Below, piece after piece: positions 9,038 through 18,759 of a stretch of DNA of 64,000 bases (positions within the stretch are counted from its first letter, which is position 1; the number at the start of each line of letters is the position of its first letter). The stretch is from Planctomycetota bacterium (GTDB lineage: Bacteria > Planctomycetota > UBA8108 > SXIK01). A model generated the notes under the pieces. It had not been told where the DNA came from. It searched no databases and saw nothing but the letters and a program-made list of their open reading frames with translations. A program made the position numbers and the translations under genes. The DNA lies in assembly GCA_965223845.1 (NCBI GenBank), contig CBDCXR010000004.1, forward strand, positions 2,880,001 through 2,944,000, written 5' to 3'.

Positions 9038-12034
9038 TTAGTTCCGCGTGATGGTCTCGTGGAGATTGAAGAGGACGCGCGCGACGGCCGTCCAGGCCGC
9101 GAGCTCGACCGATTCTTCGCCCTTGGCGCCGACGAGTCGCCCGGCCGCTTCGGCGTCCGCGGCGTATGCGCGCTGCTCACTCGCGTAAACGGTCTGGAGA
9201 ATCGCGAGCTCGTTCGCGTCCGGACGGCGTGATGTCGTCTCGACGAAGGCCCACTCGATACGCGCGTCGGTGGACGCTCCGCCTTCATCGAGAATGCGCC
9301 GAGCGAACGCGACCGCCGCTTCGACGTAGCTCGGGTCGTTGAGAAGGACGAGCGCCTGCTGCGGAATGTTCGAGCGCGGACGCTCGGCCGTGCACTCCTC
9401 ACGGTTCGGGGCGTCGAACGCCATGAGGCTCGGATGGAGAAACGAGCGCTGCCACCACGTGTAGAGCCCGCGGCGGTAGCGGCTCTCGCCGTCGTCGGCC
9501 TTCCACTGCCGCTTCGGGAAATTGAGGTGCGCCCAGTACCCGACGGGCTGGTGCGGCTTCACACTGCGTCCGCCGATTCGCCGCGCGAGGAGTCCGGAGT
9601 GTGCGAGCGCTGTGTCGCGCACGAACTCCGCGTCGATCCGCCAGCGCGACTGACGCGCGAGGAGCTGATTGTAGGGATCGCGCTCCGCCGCGGTCGCCGT
9701 CGCGATCGAACTCTGGCGGTACGTCGACGAAAGAAGCATGAGCCGGATCATGTGCTTCACGTTCCAGCCGCTCTCGACGAACTCGACCGCGAGCCAGTCG
9801 AGAAGCTCGGGATGTGTCGGCGGCAGTCCCATCGCGCCGAGATCGTCGAGGCGCGACGAAAGACCGGCGCCGAAGAAGAGCTTCCAGAGTCGATTGACGA
9901 AGACGCGCGCGGTGAGCGGATGGTCGCTCGCGACGAGCCAGCGCGCGAGATCGAGGCGTGTCGCGCGCCGATCTCCCGTGTCCAGCTGGCCGAGAAAGGC
10001 AGGAATCGCGGGCGCGACGACGTCGCCGGTCGTGTCCATCCAGTCTCCGCGGAAGAGCACGCGAACGATGCGCGGTTCGGCCGGGGCCGAAACGACGCAC
10101 CGCGCCATCGAACCTTCGAGCTTCTTCTTCTCCGCCTCGACGCTCGTGCGCTCCTTGCGCGCGTCCTCGAGGTGTGGAGCGATCGAACGGTAGTGCTTCG
10201 CAATCACCGCACGTTGTGCGTCGTTCCGCTCGTCCACCGCAACTTCGAGCGCCGCACGGACGTCGTCCGGAACACTCCCCCCACCTTCGACGACCCGAAA
10301 GTAGAAACCGTGCCCGCCGGAGCCGTTGTTCACCTTGACGAGTAGATCGTTCACTCCCTCCTTGAGCGGCGCGGCGACCTTGTCTTGGTCGGGAGCGACA
10401 CCCCGGAGGATCTCCTTCGAGAGAATCTCCGAGCCGTTCAGCCAGACGCGGATTCCGTCGTCGCTGCCGAACGACAAATCGACGCTCCGCGGGGCGTCCG
10501 ATTCGATCGTGCGATAGAGGTACGTCGCGGAGTTTTGCCCGCTCAGCTCGTGAGCTTTTCCGTCGACCCACTCCTCTCGCTTTCGCCAGCGGCGTGCGTC
10601 TCCCTCGCCAAAGCTCGCCCCGAGATCGACTCGGGCGCCGGGGCCTCCGGCGGCGCCGCTCTCTTCCGGCGGAAACGCCGTTCGAAACGCCGCCGAGGCG
10701 TTCTCGGCAGCGAACGGTCCGACGGAATGCCACACGCCGAGGCGCGGGGGCGGCTGTTCGGCGAGTACCTGCGATTCCCAGGCGCGCTGATCGCGTTCGA
10801 TCTCACGGCGGAGATCGTCCGGCGGATCGTCGATGCGACTTCGAAGCTCGTCGAGCTTCGCCGTGAGCCGAGCGAGCTGCACCTCGTCGTCGGGCGATGG
10901 AACCGGAATCCCGGCGTCGCGATCCATGATCGGCGCCTCGCGGATGTCCGCGAAGAAGGCGCCGAGCGAGTAGAAATCGCGCGCGGTGTACGGATCGAAC
11001 TTGTGGTCGTGGCACTCGGCGCAGCCGACGGTCGCGCCCATCCAGACGGCGGAGATGTTGCGCACGCGATCCGATTGGTTCTTCGCCTCGTACTCCTTCG
11101 GCTGCGCGCCGCCTTCCTCGGTCGTCTGATTGAGCTTGTTGTAACAGGACGCCACGCGCTGCCATACGGTGGGTTCAGGGAGCAGATCCCCCGCGAGCTG
11201 CTCGATCGTGAACTCGTCGAACGGCTGGTTCTCGTTGAAAGATCGAATGACGTAGTCGCGATACGGGGTCACGTTTCGCGGGTTGTCGCTGTGGTAGCCG
11301 CGCGTATCGGCGAACCGAACGAGGTCGAGCCAAAAGACGGCCATACGCTCGCCGTAGTGCGGCGAGGCGAGAAGGCGTTCGACGGCTTTTTCGTACGCGT
11401 CGGCGGAGGCGTCGAGCAAAAACGCATCGAGCTCCTCGCGCGTAGGCGGAAGCCCAGTGAGGTCGAAACTCAGACGCCGAAGGAGCGTACGCCGATCGGC
11501 GGCGGGCGATGGCGCGAGCTTCTCGCGCTCGAGTCGCGCGAGGATAAACCGATCGATCGCGTTCCGCGTCCACTCGGCTCGTTCGGGATCCGGGACCTTC
11601 GGCTGATCGGGGACGACGTACGCCCAGTGCTTCGCCCACTCCGCGCCCTCTTCGATCCAAGCCCGAAGAGTCCGGATCTGCGCTTCGCTGAGCGCGGGTG
11701 CGATGTCCGCGGGCGGCATTCGCTCGGACGGATCCGTCGAGCTCACGCGCGAGATGAGCGCGCTCGAGTCCGGATCACCCGCGACGAGCGCGCGGTGTCC
11801 GCTCTTCAGTGCCGCAAACGCCGCGGTCCGGTCGTCGAGCCGCAGTCCGGCCTCCCGCTTCCCCGCATCGGGTCCGTGGCAGCGGTAACAGTTCTCGGCG
11901 AGGATCGGACGAACGTCTCGATTGTAGTCGACTTTCTTCGCCGACTCGTCGCCGCACACGCCCGCGAGCGGGGCGAGCGCAGCGAGAACGAGCGGGCCGA
12001 TGCCGCGGACGAAGGGGCGGGAGCAGAAAACCAT
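9038..12034 (-). CDS. PSD1/DUF1549-DUF1553 protein with planctomycete cytochrome c domain and PA14-like insert
   Basis: YNRDVRPILAENCYRCHGPD, CAECHDHKFDP, HPLTARVFVNRLW, PTHPELLDWLA. Internal GSDDGIRVWLNG insert. Confidence 0.92.
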   Translation of the reverse strand: MVFCSRPFVRGIGPLVLAALAPLAGVCGDESAKKVDYNRDVRPILAENCYRCHGPDAGKREAGLRLDDRTAAFAALKSGHRALVAGDPDSSALISRVSSTDPSERMPPADIAPALSEAQIRTLRAWIEEGAEWAKHWAYVVPDQPKVPDPERAEWTRNAIDRFILARLEREKLAPSPAADRRTLLRRLSFDLTGLPPTREELDAFLLDASADAYEKAVERLLASPHYGERMAVFWLDLVRFADTRGYHSDNPRNVTPYRDYVIRSFNENQPFDEFTIEQLAGDLLPEPTVWQRVASCYNKLNQTTEEGGAQPKEYEAKNQSDRVRNISAVWMGATVGCAECHDHKFDPYTARDFYSLGAFFADIREAPIMDRDAGIPVPSPDDEVQLARLTAKLDELRSRIDDPPDDLRREIERDQRAWESQVLAEQPPPRLGVWHSVGPFAAENASAAFRTAFPPEESGAAGGPGARVDLGASFGEGDARRWRKREEWVDGKAHELSGQNSATYLYRTIESDAPRSVDLSFGSDDGIRVWLNGSEILSKEILRGVAPDQDKVAAPLKEGVNDLLVKVNNGSGGHGFYFRVVEGGGSVPDDVRAALEVAVDERNDAQRAVIAKHYRSIAPHLEDARKERTSVEAEKKKLEGSMARCVVSAPAEPRIVRVLFRGDWMDTTGDVVAPAIPAFLGQLDTGDRRATRLDLARWLVASDHPLTARVFVNRLWKLFFGAGLSSRLDDLGAMGLPPTHPELLDWLAVEFVESGWNVKHMIRLMLLSSTYRQSSIATATAAERDPYNQLLARQSRWRIDAEFVRDTALAHSGLLARRIGGRSVKPHQPVGYWAHLNFPKRQWKADDGESRYRRGLYTWWQRSFLHPSLMAFDAPNREECTAERPRSNIPQQALVLLNDPSYVEAAVAFARRILDEGGASTDARIEWAFVETTSRRPDANELAILQTVYASEQRAYAADAEAAGRLVGAKGEESVELAAWTAVARVLFNLHETITRN

Positions 12035-12548
12035 CGTGTCTCGATCTCGGGTCTTCGGGCGATTGCCAACGCTCGTGCTCGACCTCGAGCGAAAACCCCG
12101 TGCCGAGCGAGACGGTGATACGCCCCCGCTCGGCGAGAGCGTTGGGGGAAAGTCAGCGGGTCCATAATAGGGCGAAGACCGCGCGAGACGTCGAGCGAAA
12201 ACCGTGCCGGGCGCGGTAGACGAGTCGCTCGAGCGCCGGATCACGGCACGGTATCCGGGCCCACGATAGATCAGTCCACTGGCCCGTCGAGATCGGTGGC
12301 GATCATCCCGGACGAGAAGAAGATCGTCTCTTGCAGCGACGGAGTCGCGATCTGGGACGTCGAGCCGACTCGAGATCGTCACCCTCGCCTCTCCAGACGA
12401 GGGCCGATTCCTCTCGGTCGACTGGTCGCCGGACCGCCGGCGCGTAGTCGCGGGGCAAGCCGACGGATCCGTGCACGTCTGGACAGTGCGTCCGTCGCTG
12501 TCCGCCGCCCGGTGATCGAGATCCGCTCAGCCGCGATCGATTCGGCCG

Positions 12549-13274
12549 TCACTCGGCCCCGTCCGCCTCGCCCCGCTCGTCGCGGTCACTCACAACTTCG
12601 CCGTCGTGGAACCTCACGACGCGCTCGGTAATGTGCGCGATGCGATCCTCGTGCGTGACCATGACGATCGTTTTCCCCCGGTCGTGGAGGTTGCGGAGGA
12701 TCGCGAGGATCTCGTCCTCCGTCGACGAGTCGAGATTTCCCGTCGGCTCGTCCGCGAGGATGACGAGCGGATCGTTCGCAAGCGAGCGCGCGATCGCCAC
12801 GCGCTGTTGCTGACCACCGGAAAGCTGCGGCGGACGGTGCTCGTGACGGTCGGCGAGACCGACGAGCTCCGCGAGCTCCATCGCGCGCTCCCGGCTCTCC
12901 TTGGGGCTGAGGCCCCGGTAGAAGAGTGGCACCTCGATGTTCTCGAGAACGGAGAGCTGCGGAATCAGGTTGTAGGACTGAAAGATGAAACCGATCTTGG
13001 CGTTTCGGACGTCGGAGAGCGCGTCGTCGCTCAGCATCGAGACGTCGTCACCGCCGAGGTAGTACCGTCCCTCGGTCGGACGATCGAGACAGCCGAGGAG
13101 GTTGAGGAGCGTCGACTTCCCGGAGCCCGACGGCCCCATGATCGCGACGAGCTCGCCTTCTCCGATCGAAAGGTCGACCGAGCGAAGAGCCTGAACGACA
13201 CCGCTCTCGAGGACGTAGTCCTTTGAAAGATTCTCGATCTGAATGATGGGTTTCGTTGCGACGGCGTCGGTCAC
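12549..13274 (-). CDS. ABC transporter ATP-binding protein (LolD/MacB-like)
   Basis: GPSGSGKST, LSGGQQQRVAIAR, ILADEPTGNLD, VTH. Confidence 0.95.
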   Translation of the reverse strand: MTDAVATKPIIQIENLSKDYVLESGVVQALRSVDLSIGEGELVAIMGPSGSGKSTLLNLLGCLDRPTEGRYYLGGDDVSMLSDDALSDVRNAKIGFIFQSYNLIPQLSVLENIEVPLFYRGLSPKESRERAMELAELVGLADRHEHRPPQLSGGQQQRVAIARSLANDPLVILADEPTGNLDSSTEDEILAILRNLHDRGKTIVMVTHEDRIAHITERVVRFHDGEVVSDRDERGEADGAE

Positions 13275-13364
13275 CGCTGGTTCTCCTCAGGATTGTCGAG
13301 TCGTCAAGTGCGCGGCGAGATGAACCCCGCCGCGCCTCGATCGCTGTCCTCGAATTTCCGCGCG

Positions 13365-13569
13365 CTGGCCCGGGTTTCTCACCAGATTTGGTGAGCGAAG
13401 CGGCGAGCCGCCGTAGGTCGTGAACTGACAAGGAGGTGTCGCCATACTGACCGGAGGTGTGCTCTTTGCACGGTGAGGATCAGGGTGGCGGCGCATCCGA
13501 CGCTCAGTTCGCGCCAAGAAGACGGCGCGGTCGCTGGCGCAGTAGACTCTGGTGAGAAATCCGGACTAG
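13365..13569. repeat. ~200-nt self-complementary intergenic element (MITE-like or structured ncRNA)
   Basis: Terminal arms CCGGGTTTCTCACCAGA (13370-13386) and TCTGGTGAGAAATCCGG (13548-13564), plus nested internal stems. The end motif recurs at ~27683, ~28128 and ~53151. Confidence 0.65.
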
Positions 13570-14600
13570 GCGTCGTTTCCGTCCTCGCCCCCGTCAGCGT
13601 CTTCGGAGTCGTCGCCGAACGCACGGAGGAGATAGTGCCGGTACAGAATCCCGGCGGCCTCGTCCGCCGGATTGCTTGAAAGCTGAGAGAGCAGGATCCC
13701 GAGCCCCTCGTCGGCGCGATCCTTCGAGTGCAAATAGAAGTACGCCGCGACGAGCGGACGCGCACTCGCGTCGAGATCGGCGACTCGCTTCGCGTACGTA
13801 CCGTCGCCCGGAAAGTGCGAGCGAATGTCCCGCGGCAAGTACTCGGTGACGTCGTCGTAGCTCAGCGCTTCCTCGAGAAGAAGCTGCGCGTGCGCGGGTT
13901 TGTCGAGGGCGAAGAACACCTCGGCGAGTAGGAGGGGATAGAGCGGACTCCGGTCGCGCCGGAAGCGCTCGGCGAAGACGCGTCCGGCCGCGCGAAACTT
14001 CCCCGCCTTCATGAGGTCGAGACCCGGCTCGGCTCCGGTCTCGACGACGCGATTCTCGCGCGCCGCGCGCTTTGCGGCCGCGACGACCCCTTCGAAGGGA
14101 GGAAGGCGTACGTCGATGTAGGGATCCGAGTCGCCCGGTAGATCCGGGCCGAAGACGCCCCCGCGCCGGTAGACCTCGTACGTGTCGAGCCCGAGTGTGA
14201 GCGAGCCCTGCTCCGCGAGAGGATGGGGGTACTCGACGACGGTCGGCGGAATCCCCCACACCGGATGGAGTCCGTAGCCGTAACCGTAACCTCCGTAGTG
14301 CCAGGTCGGATACCTGACCGCACGTCGGACGAGCCCGCGCCGCGCGCGGAATCGGCCGGATCCCGTCGCCTCCGCGCTCCGCCCGATCGTCAGGCCACCT
14401 GGCCCGCGGACCACGCCGCGGCTCGGCGCGGCGGAAGGACTTGTGACGACGGGAGGGGTCGGCGTCGCTTTCGGCGCCGGCTTAGAAGGCGCGGCCTCTT
14501 GCGCCGAGAGCGGAGCGGACATCAGCACCCCGGCGATCACCGCCACGGACGCGATCGACGAGAAGGCGAAGACGTGAGGGCGGCCTTGGACCGTTCGCAT
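13566..14600 (-). CDS. Secreted hypothetical protein, Pro/Gly-rich N-terminus and TPR-like helical C-terminus
   Basis: GGAGG RBS, signal peptide ending LSA-Q, helical repeats in the C-terminal half. Confidence 0.65.
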   Translation of the reverse strand: MRTVQGRPHVFAFSSIASVAVIAGVLMSAPLSAQEAAPSKPAPKATPTPPVVTSPSAAPSRGVVRGPGGLTIGRSAEATGSGRFRARRGLVRRAVRYPTWHYGGYGYGYGLHPVWGIPPTVVEYPHPLAEQGSLTLGLDTYEVYRRGGVFGPDLPGDSDPYIDVRLPPFEGVVAAAKRAARENRVVETGAEPGLDLMKAGKFRAAGRVFAERFRRDRSPLYPLLLAEVFFALDKPAHAQLLLEEALSYDDVTEYLPRDIRSHFPGDGTYAKRVADLDASARPLVAAYFYLHSKDRADEGLGILLSQLSSNPADEAAGILYRHYLLRAFGDDSEDADGGEDGNDA

Positions 14601-14729
14601 GTGGAATCCTCCGTTGGAGTCCCGCAGTTCGCGCGGCGCGATCGCACGATCGTCGCGAAGCGAACCGAGACGACGAGCTACTCTGGGCTCTACTTCTCCT
14701 GCTCTCCCCCCCATTGTAAGGTGGGCGTC

Positions 14730-17700
14730 ATGGGGACTTCAAAGAAAGAGGCCCGTTCCTCGCGCGGACTTACGGCGATTTTGCTAGTCGCGATCGCGGC
14801 CGGGAGCGCGGCGATTCTGTGGTGGAATCGCCCGCCGACGGATTCCGCTCGTGACGTCGCCGCCCCCGGCCCAGTCGGCGAATCCGCCGCCGGCCGGCCG
14901 ATCGAAGCGCCCGAGTTCGAGAAGCTCCGCCGGCGCACGATTCCCGGTGCCGATCGTTTCGAAGTGGAGACTCTCGCCGCCGAACTGGCTCCGAAGATCC
15001 GCGCACTAGAGGCCGAGTGGCGGGATCTTCCCCGTGATCGTTCCAGCGACGACGCGTCAGACCTAGTGGCGCCGACGTTCCGGTGGACGGCGCAGCACGC
15101 GGACGCTCGCCCGGCGGCCAGCATGGCGGACGGACTTCGCGCGCTGCTCGGTCGAGGCGTGGAGTCGCTCGACCACGTCGCGCTCAAGATCGTCCGGGTC
15201 GAGCCCGTCACGGAAGGGGAACTCGCGACGGAGCTGCGCTTCGAGCTCGTGGTCCGTCCGAGCTCGGGCGCGCACGTGAGCTGGACGGGGCGGGCACGCG
15301 TCCTCTGGACGTCCGAACGCAAGATCCGCGGGTGGAAGACGCTGTCCGTCGACTCGGTCGAGACGACCGGCCCTTTTCTTCGCGATGTTTCCGCGGCCGT
15401 GCTCCACGCGAACGCCGTCTACCACCAAGTCCTCGCGCACGGGATCGACCATTTCCGGGACCGACTCGACGCCGCCACGGGGATCGACGTCTACGGACAC
15501 TACGGAATCGCGGTCGGCGACGCGAACTCGGACGGCCTCGACGATCTCTATCTGCCGATGCCGCCGACCGTACCGAATGTCCTTCTCCTCGGCCAAACCG
15601 ACGGAACGTTTCGCGACGCCAGCACGGAGAGCGGCGCGAACCTCCTCGACGGCACGACGCAGGCGCTATTTCTCGATCTCGACAACGACGGGGACGACGA
15701 CATCGTGGCCCTCCTCGACGCGGGCGCGTGCGTGCTCCGCGGCGATGGCCGCGGGCGATTTGCCGTCGTTCCCGACGCGATCAGCGCGGGGTCCGCGCGC
15801 GGCTCACCGATCACCGTCGCTGCCGCCGACTACGACGCCGACGGCATCCTCGATCTCTATGTCGGTTCCTACGTCTTCTGGCGCGACCTATCGGGCGCGG
15901 TCGGCTCGCGTCTCCCGACGCCCTACCACGACGCGCAGAACGGTGCCCCGAATCGACTCCTCCGCGGGCGAGGAGACGGAACGTTTGAAGATGCGACCGC
16001 AGTCGCGGGGCTCGGAACGGTACACCGATTCACGTTCGCGGCGAGCTGGGCGGATTACGACTCGGACGGCGATGCCGACCTCTACGTTGCGAACGACTTC
16101 GGCAGCAACCAGCTCTTTCGCAATCGCGGTGACGGCACGTTCGAGGACGTCGCTCGAGTCGCGGGAGTCGTCGACATCGGACCGGGGATGAGCGTCGAGT
16201 GGTTCGACTACGATCGCGACGGCGATTTCGACCTCTACGTCGGAAACATGTTTTCCGCTGCCGGGCAGCGCGTCACGAACGAGCGCACTTACAAAGCGGG
16301 ATCTCCGGATCTTCAGCACGCGTACCGGAGACACGCCCGGGGGAATTCGCTCTACCGGAATCGCGGCGACGGCACGTTCGAAGACGCGAGTGAGTTTGCG
16401 CGAGCGACGTTCGGCCGCTGGGCCTGGGCGAGCGGGAACGTCGATTTCGATCTCGACGGTCACGACGATCTCTACGTTCAAAACGGCTTCGTGAGCAACG
16501 CTCGCGGACGCGAGCTCTGAAGCTTCTTCTGGCGACAGGTCGTGTCGCAGTCCCCCACGGCCGCGGTCAAGATCCAGCGGTACGAAGACGGCTGGAACGC
16601 GATCCAGCGCATGATCCGCGAAGACGAGTCGTGGAGCGGATGGGAACGGAACTGCGTCCACCTCGCTCGCGGCGACGGGAAGTTCACGGACGCGTCGGCG
16701 GTGAGTGGAGCCGACTACGCGACGGACGGACGCGCGTTCGCCGTCCTCGATGTCGATCGCGACGGACGTCCCGACCTCGCGCTACGGAATCGGAACGCGC
16801 CGACGCTGCGGATCGTGCAGAACGTGTGGCCCAATCCCGGGAGGTGCGTGTGGCTCCACCTCGAAGGGAGCACCGGCAACCGGGGCGCGATCGGGGCAGT
16901 CGTCGAAGTTCGTGCGGGGAAGGACCGCAGAGTGATTCCCATGACCGCCGGCTCCCGATTTCTCTCGCAGTCGAGCCGATGGCTCCCGATCGGTCTCGGC
17001 GACGCGCCCGGAGAAGTCGCGATCGCCGTTCGTTGGCCGGGCGGACGAACGCAAGAGCTCGGCGAACTCCAGCCGGGACACCGGTACTGGATTCGTGAGG
17101 GGGAGAGGCCCCGCGGAGAAGAATTGTCCGCGCGGCGAGAGTACGCCTCGATCGAGCCGAGCGACGCGCCAAGGAAGACCGGAGTCGGCACGTGGCTCAT
17201 CGAGCGCATTCCCGCTCCCGACTTCGAGCTGAAGAGAGTCGGCAAGAGCGAAATGCTGAATCTTCGCGGTCTGCGCGGCGCTCCCGTGCTTCTTCATATC
17301 CTCTCGCCGACGTGTGCCGTGTGCGTCGCGGCAGCACCCGAGCACCGACGGATCGAGAAGATCGCGACGGACGCGGGAGCACAACTCGTCCACGCGATCG
17401 TCGCGCGCAACGATCAAGACGCCGAGGCAGAGCGAATCCGCTTCGTCGAAGGGGCAGGCTACGAGGCGCCGGCGGTCGCGGCGGACGACGCGTTCGTCGC
17501 GGCGTACAACGTGCTTCACCGCGAGATCTGGAATCGCCGTCACGACCTCGCCGTGCCGACGACGATTTGGATCGACCCGGGCGGCTACGTCGTCCGCGTC
17601 GATCGCGGTGCGCTCGATCCGGATGCCGCTCGAGCGATCCTCGCGCAGTTTCCGCGATCGCCGAAGGAGCTGAGGACGCTCGCGATCGGTGATGCGTCCG

Positions 17701-18584
17701 GACCACTCGTCTACCCGGAAGCGTTCAGACGAAATTTCGCGGCTCTGGGAAACGCTTACCGCGAGGCCGGCTTCCCCGAGCTCGCGCGGTCCGCGTTCGC
17801 AGAGGACGCCGCAAGATCACCGAAGAGTTCGAACGCCCGCTTCAACCTCGCGGTCGTCGCGGCCGAGAGGGGTGACACCGCCGCCGCGGAGCGCATCTAC
17901 CGGGAAGTGATCGAGTCCGGTGAGTACTCGGGCGATGCGAGGAACAATCTCGCCGTCCTCCTCGCACAGCGGGGAGAGACCGATGCCGCGCTCCGTCTAC
18001 TCGTCGATCTCGTTGCGGGGAATCCCGCGCACGGCGAGGCGCCGCTCAACCTGGCCGGCATCCATCTTCGTTCGGGACGCGCCGAAGAAGCAGTGAAGGT
18101 GCTCGAGTCTGCCGTCCGAACGGACCCCGAGTCGGCTCGCTTTCGTCGCCAGCTCGCCTACGCACGGTACTCGTTAGGCGATGTCCACGGCGCCGAACAG
18201 GATTACCGACGTGCGATCGAGCTCGATCCGCTCGCATCCGAGTCCTACCGCGATCTCACCGCGCTCATCTTCGCCCAGGGACGCGAGCGCGAAGCCGCGG
18301 AGCTCGCCCGTCGCGGGATCGCGGTCGCGGGCGAAACCGCAGCGCTCCGGAATGCACTCGCGCTCGCGGAGATCGCGATCGGCCGGACGGAGGACGGACT
18401 CAACGGACTCCGGCGCGCGATCGAGCTCGACCCAAAACTCGTCCCGGCCTACGTGAACCTGATCGCGCACCTCGACGACCTGGGTCGCGAGAGTGAAGCG
18501 ACGGAGAATCTCGAACGGCTGCGGACGATCTCGCCGGAGGCGGCGGCGAGGGTGAGGCGGCGGCTGCGTGAGAGTGGGAAGTGA
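14730..18584 (+). CDS. Putative selenoprotein: N-terminal TM anchor + FG-GAP repeats + ASPIC-UnbV + redoxin (CxxC) + TPR, with Sec at UGA 16518-16520
   Basis: ORFs 14223..16520 and 16542..18584 are in the same frame, separated by a single TGA (GREL-U-SFFWRQVVSQSP). FG-GAP repeats continue across the junction and a SECIS-like hairpin follows. Confidence 0.8.
16518..16550 (+). promoter_or_regulatory. Putative bacterial SECIS element
   Basis: TGA + 11 nt + GCGACA-GGTCG-TGTCGC, a 6-bp perfect stem extendable by CT/AG with a bulged G. The loop starts with G at +18. Confidence 0.72.
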
Positions 18585-18759
18585 GCACGAGCGGGCACAA
18601 GAGCTTGAGTCGCGCGATCCTCTGTGCCCAGCGGCCGCGGCTCTCGTTTCTCGCATTTATGCTCGTCCACGACAGTCGAGCGTCCTCTCTTCGTGTCGTC
18701 GTACGCGGTGACGAGTGCACCGTGGTCGCTGATGTCTGGAAGCGGAAGGACTCCAGGCC

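Noticed and set aside
12296-12365. WD40-like peptide (VAIIPDEKKIVSCSDGVAIWDVE) in the spacer upstream of the PSD1 gene
   Set aside because: A single short repeat with no supporting ORF context. At most a tiny relic.
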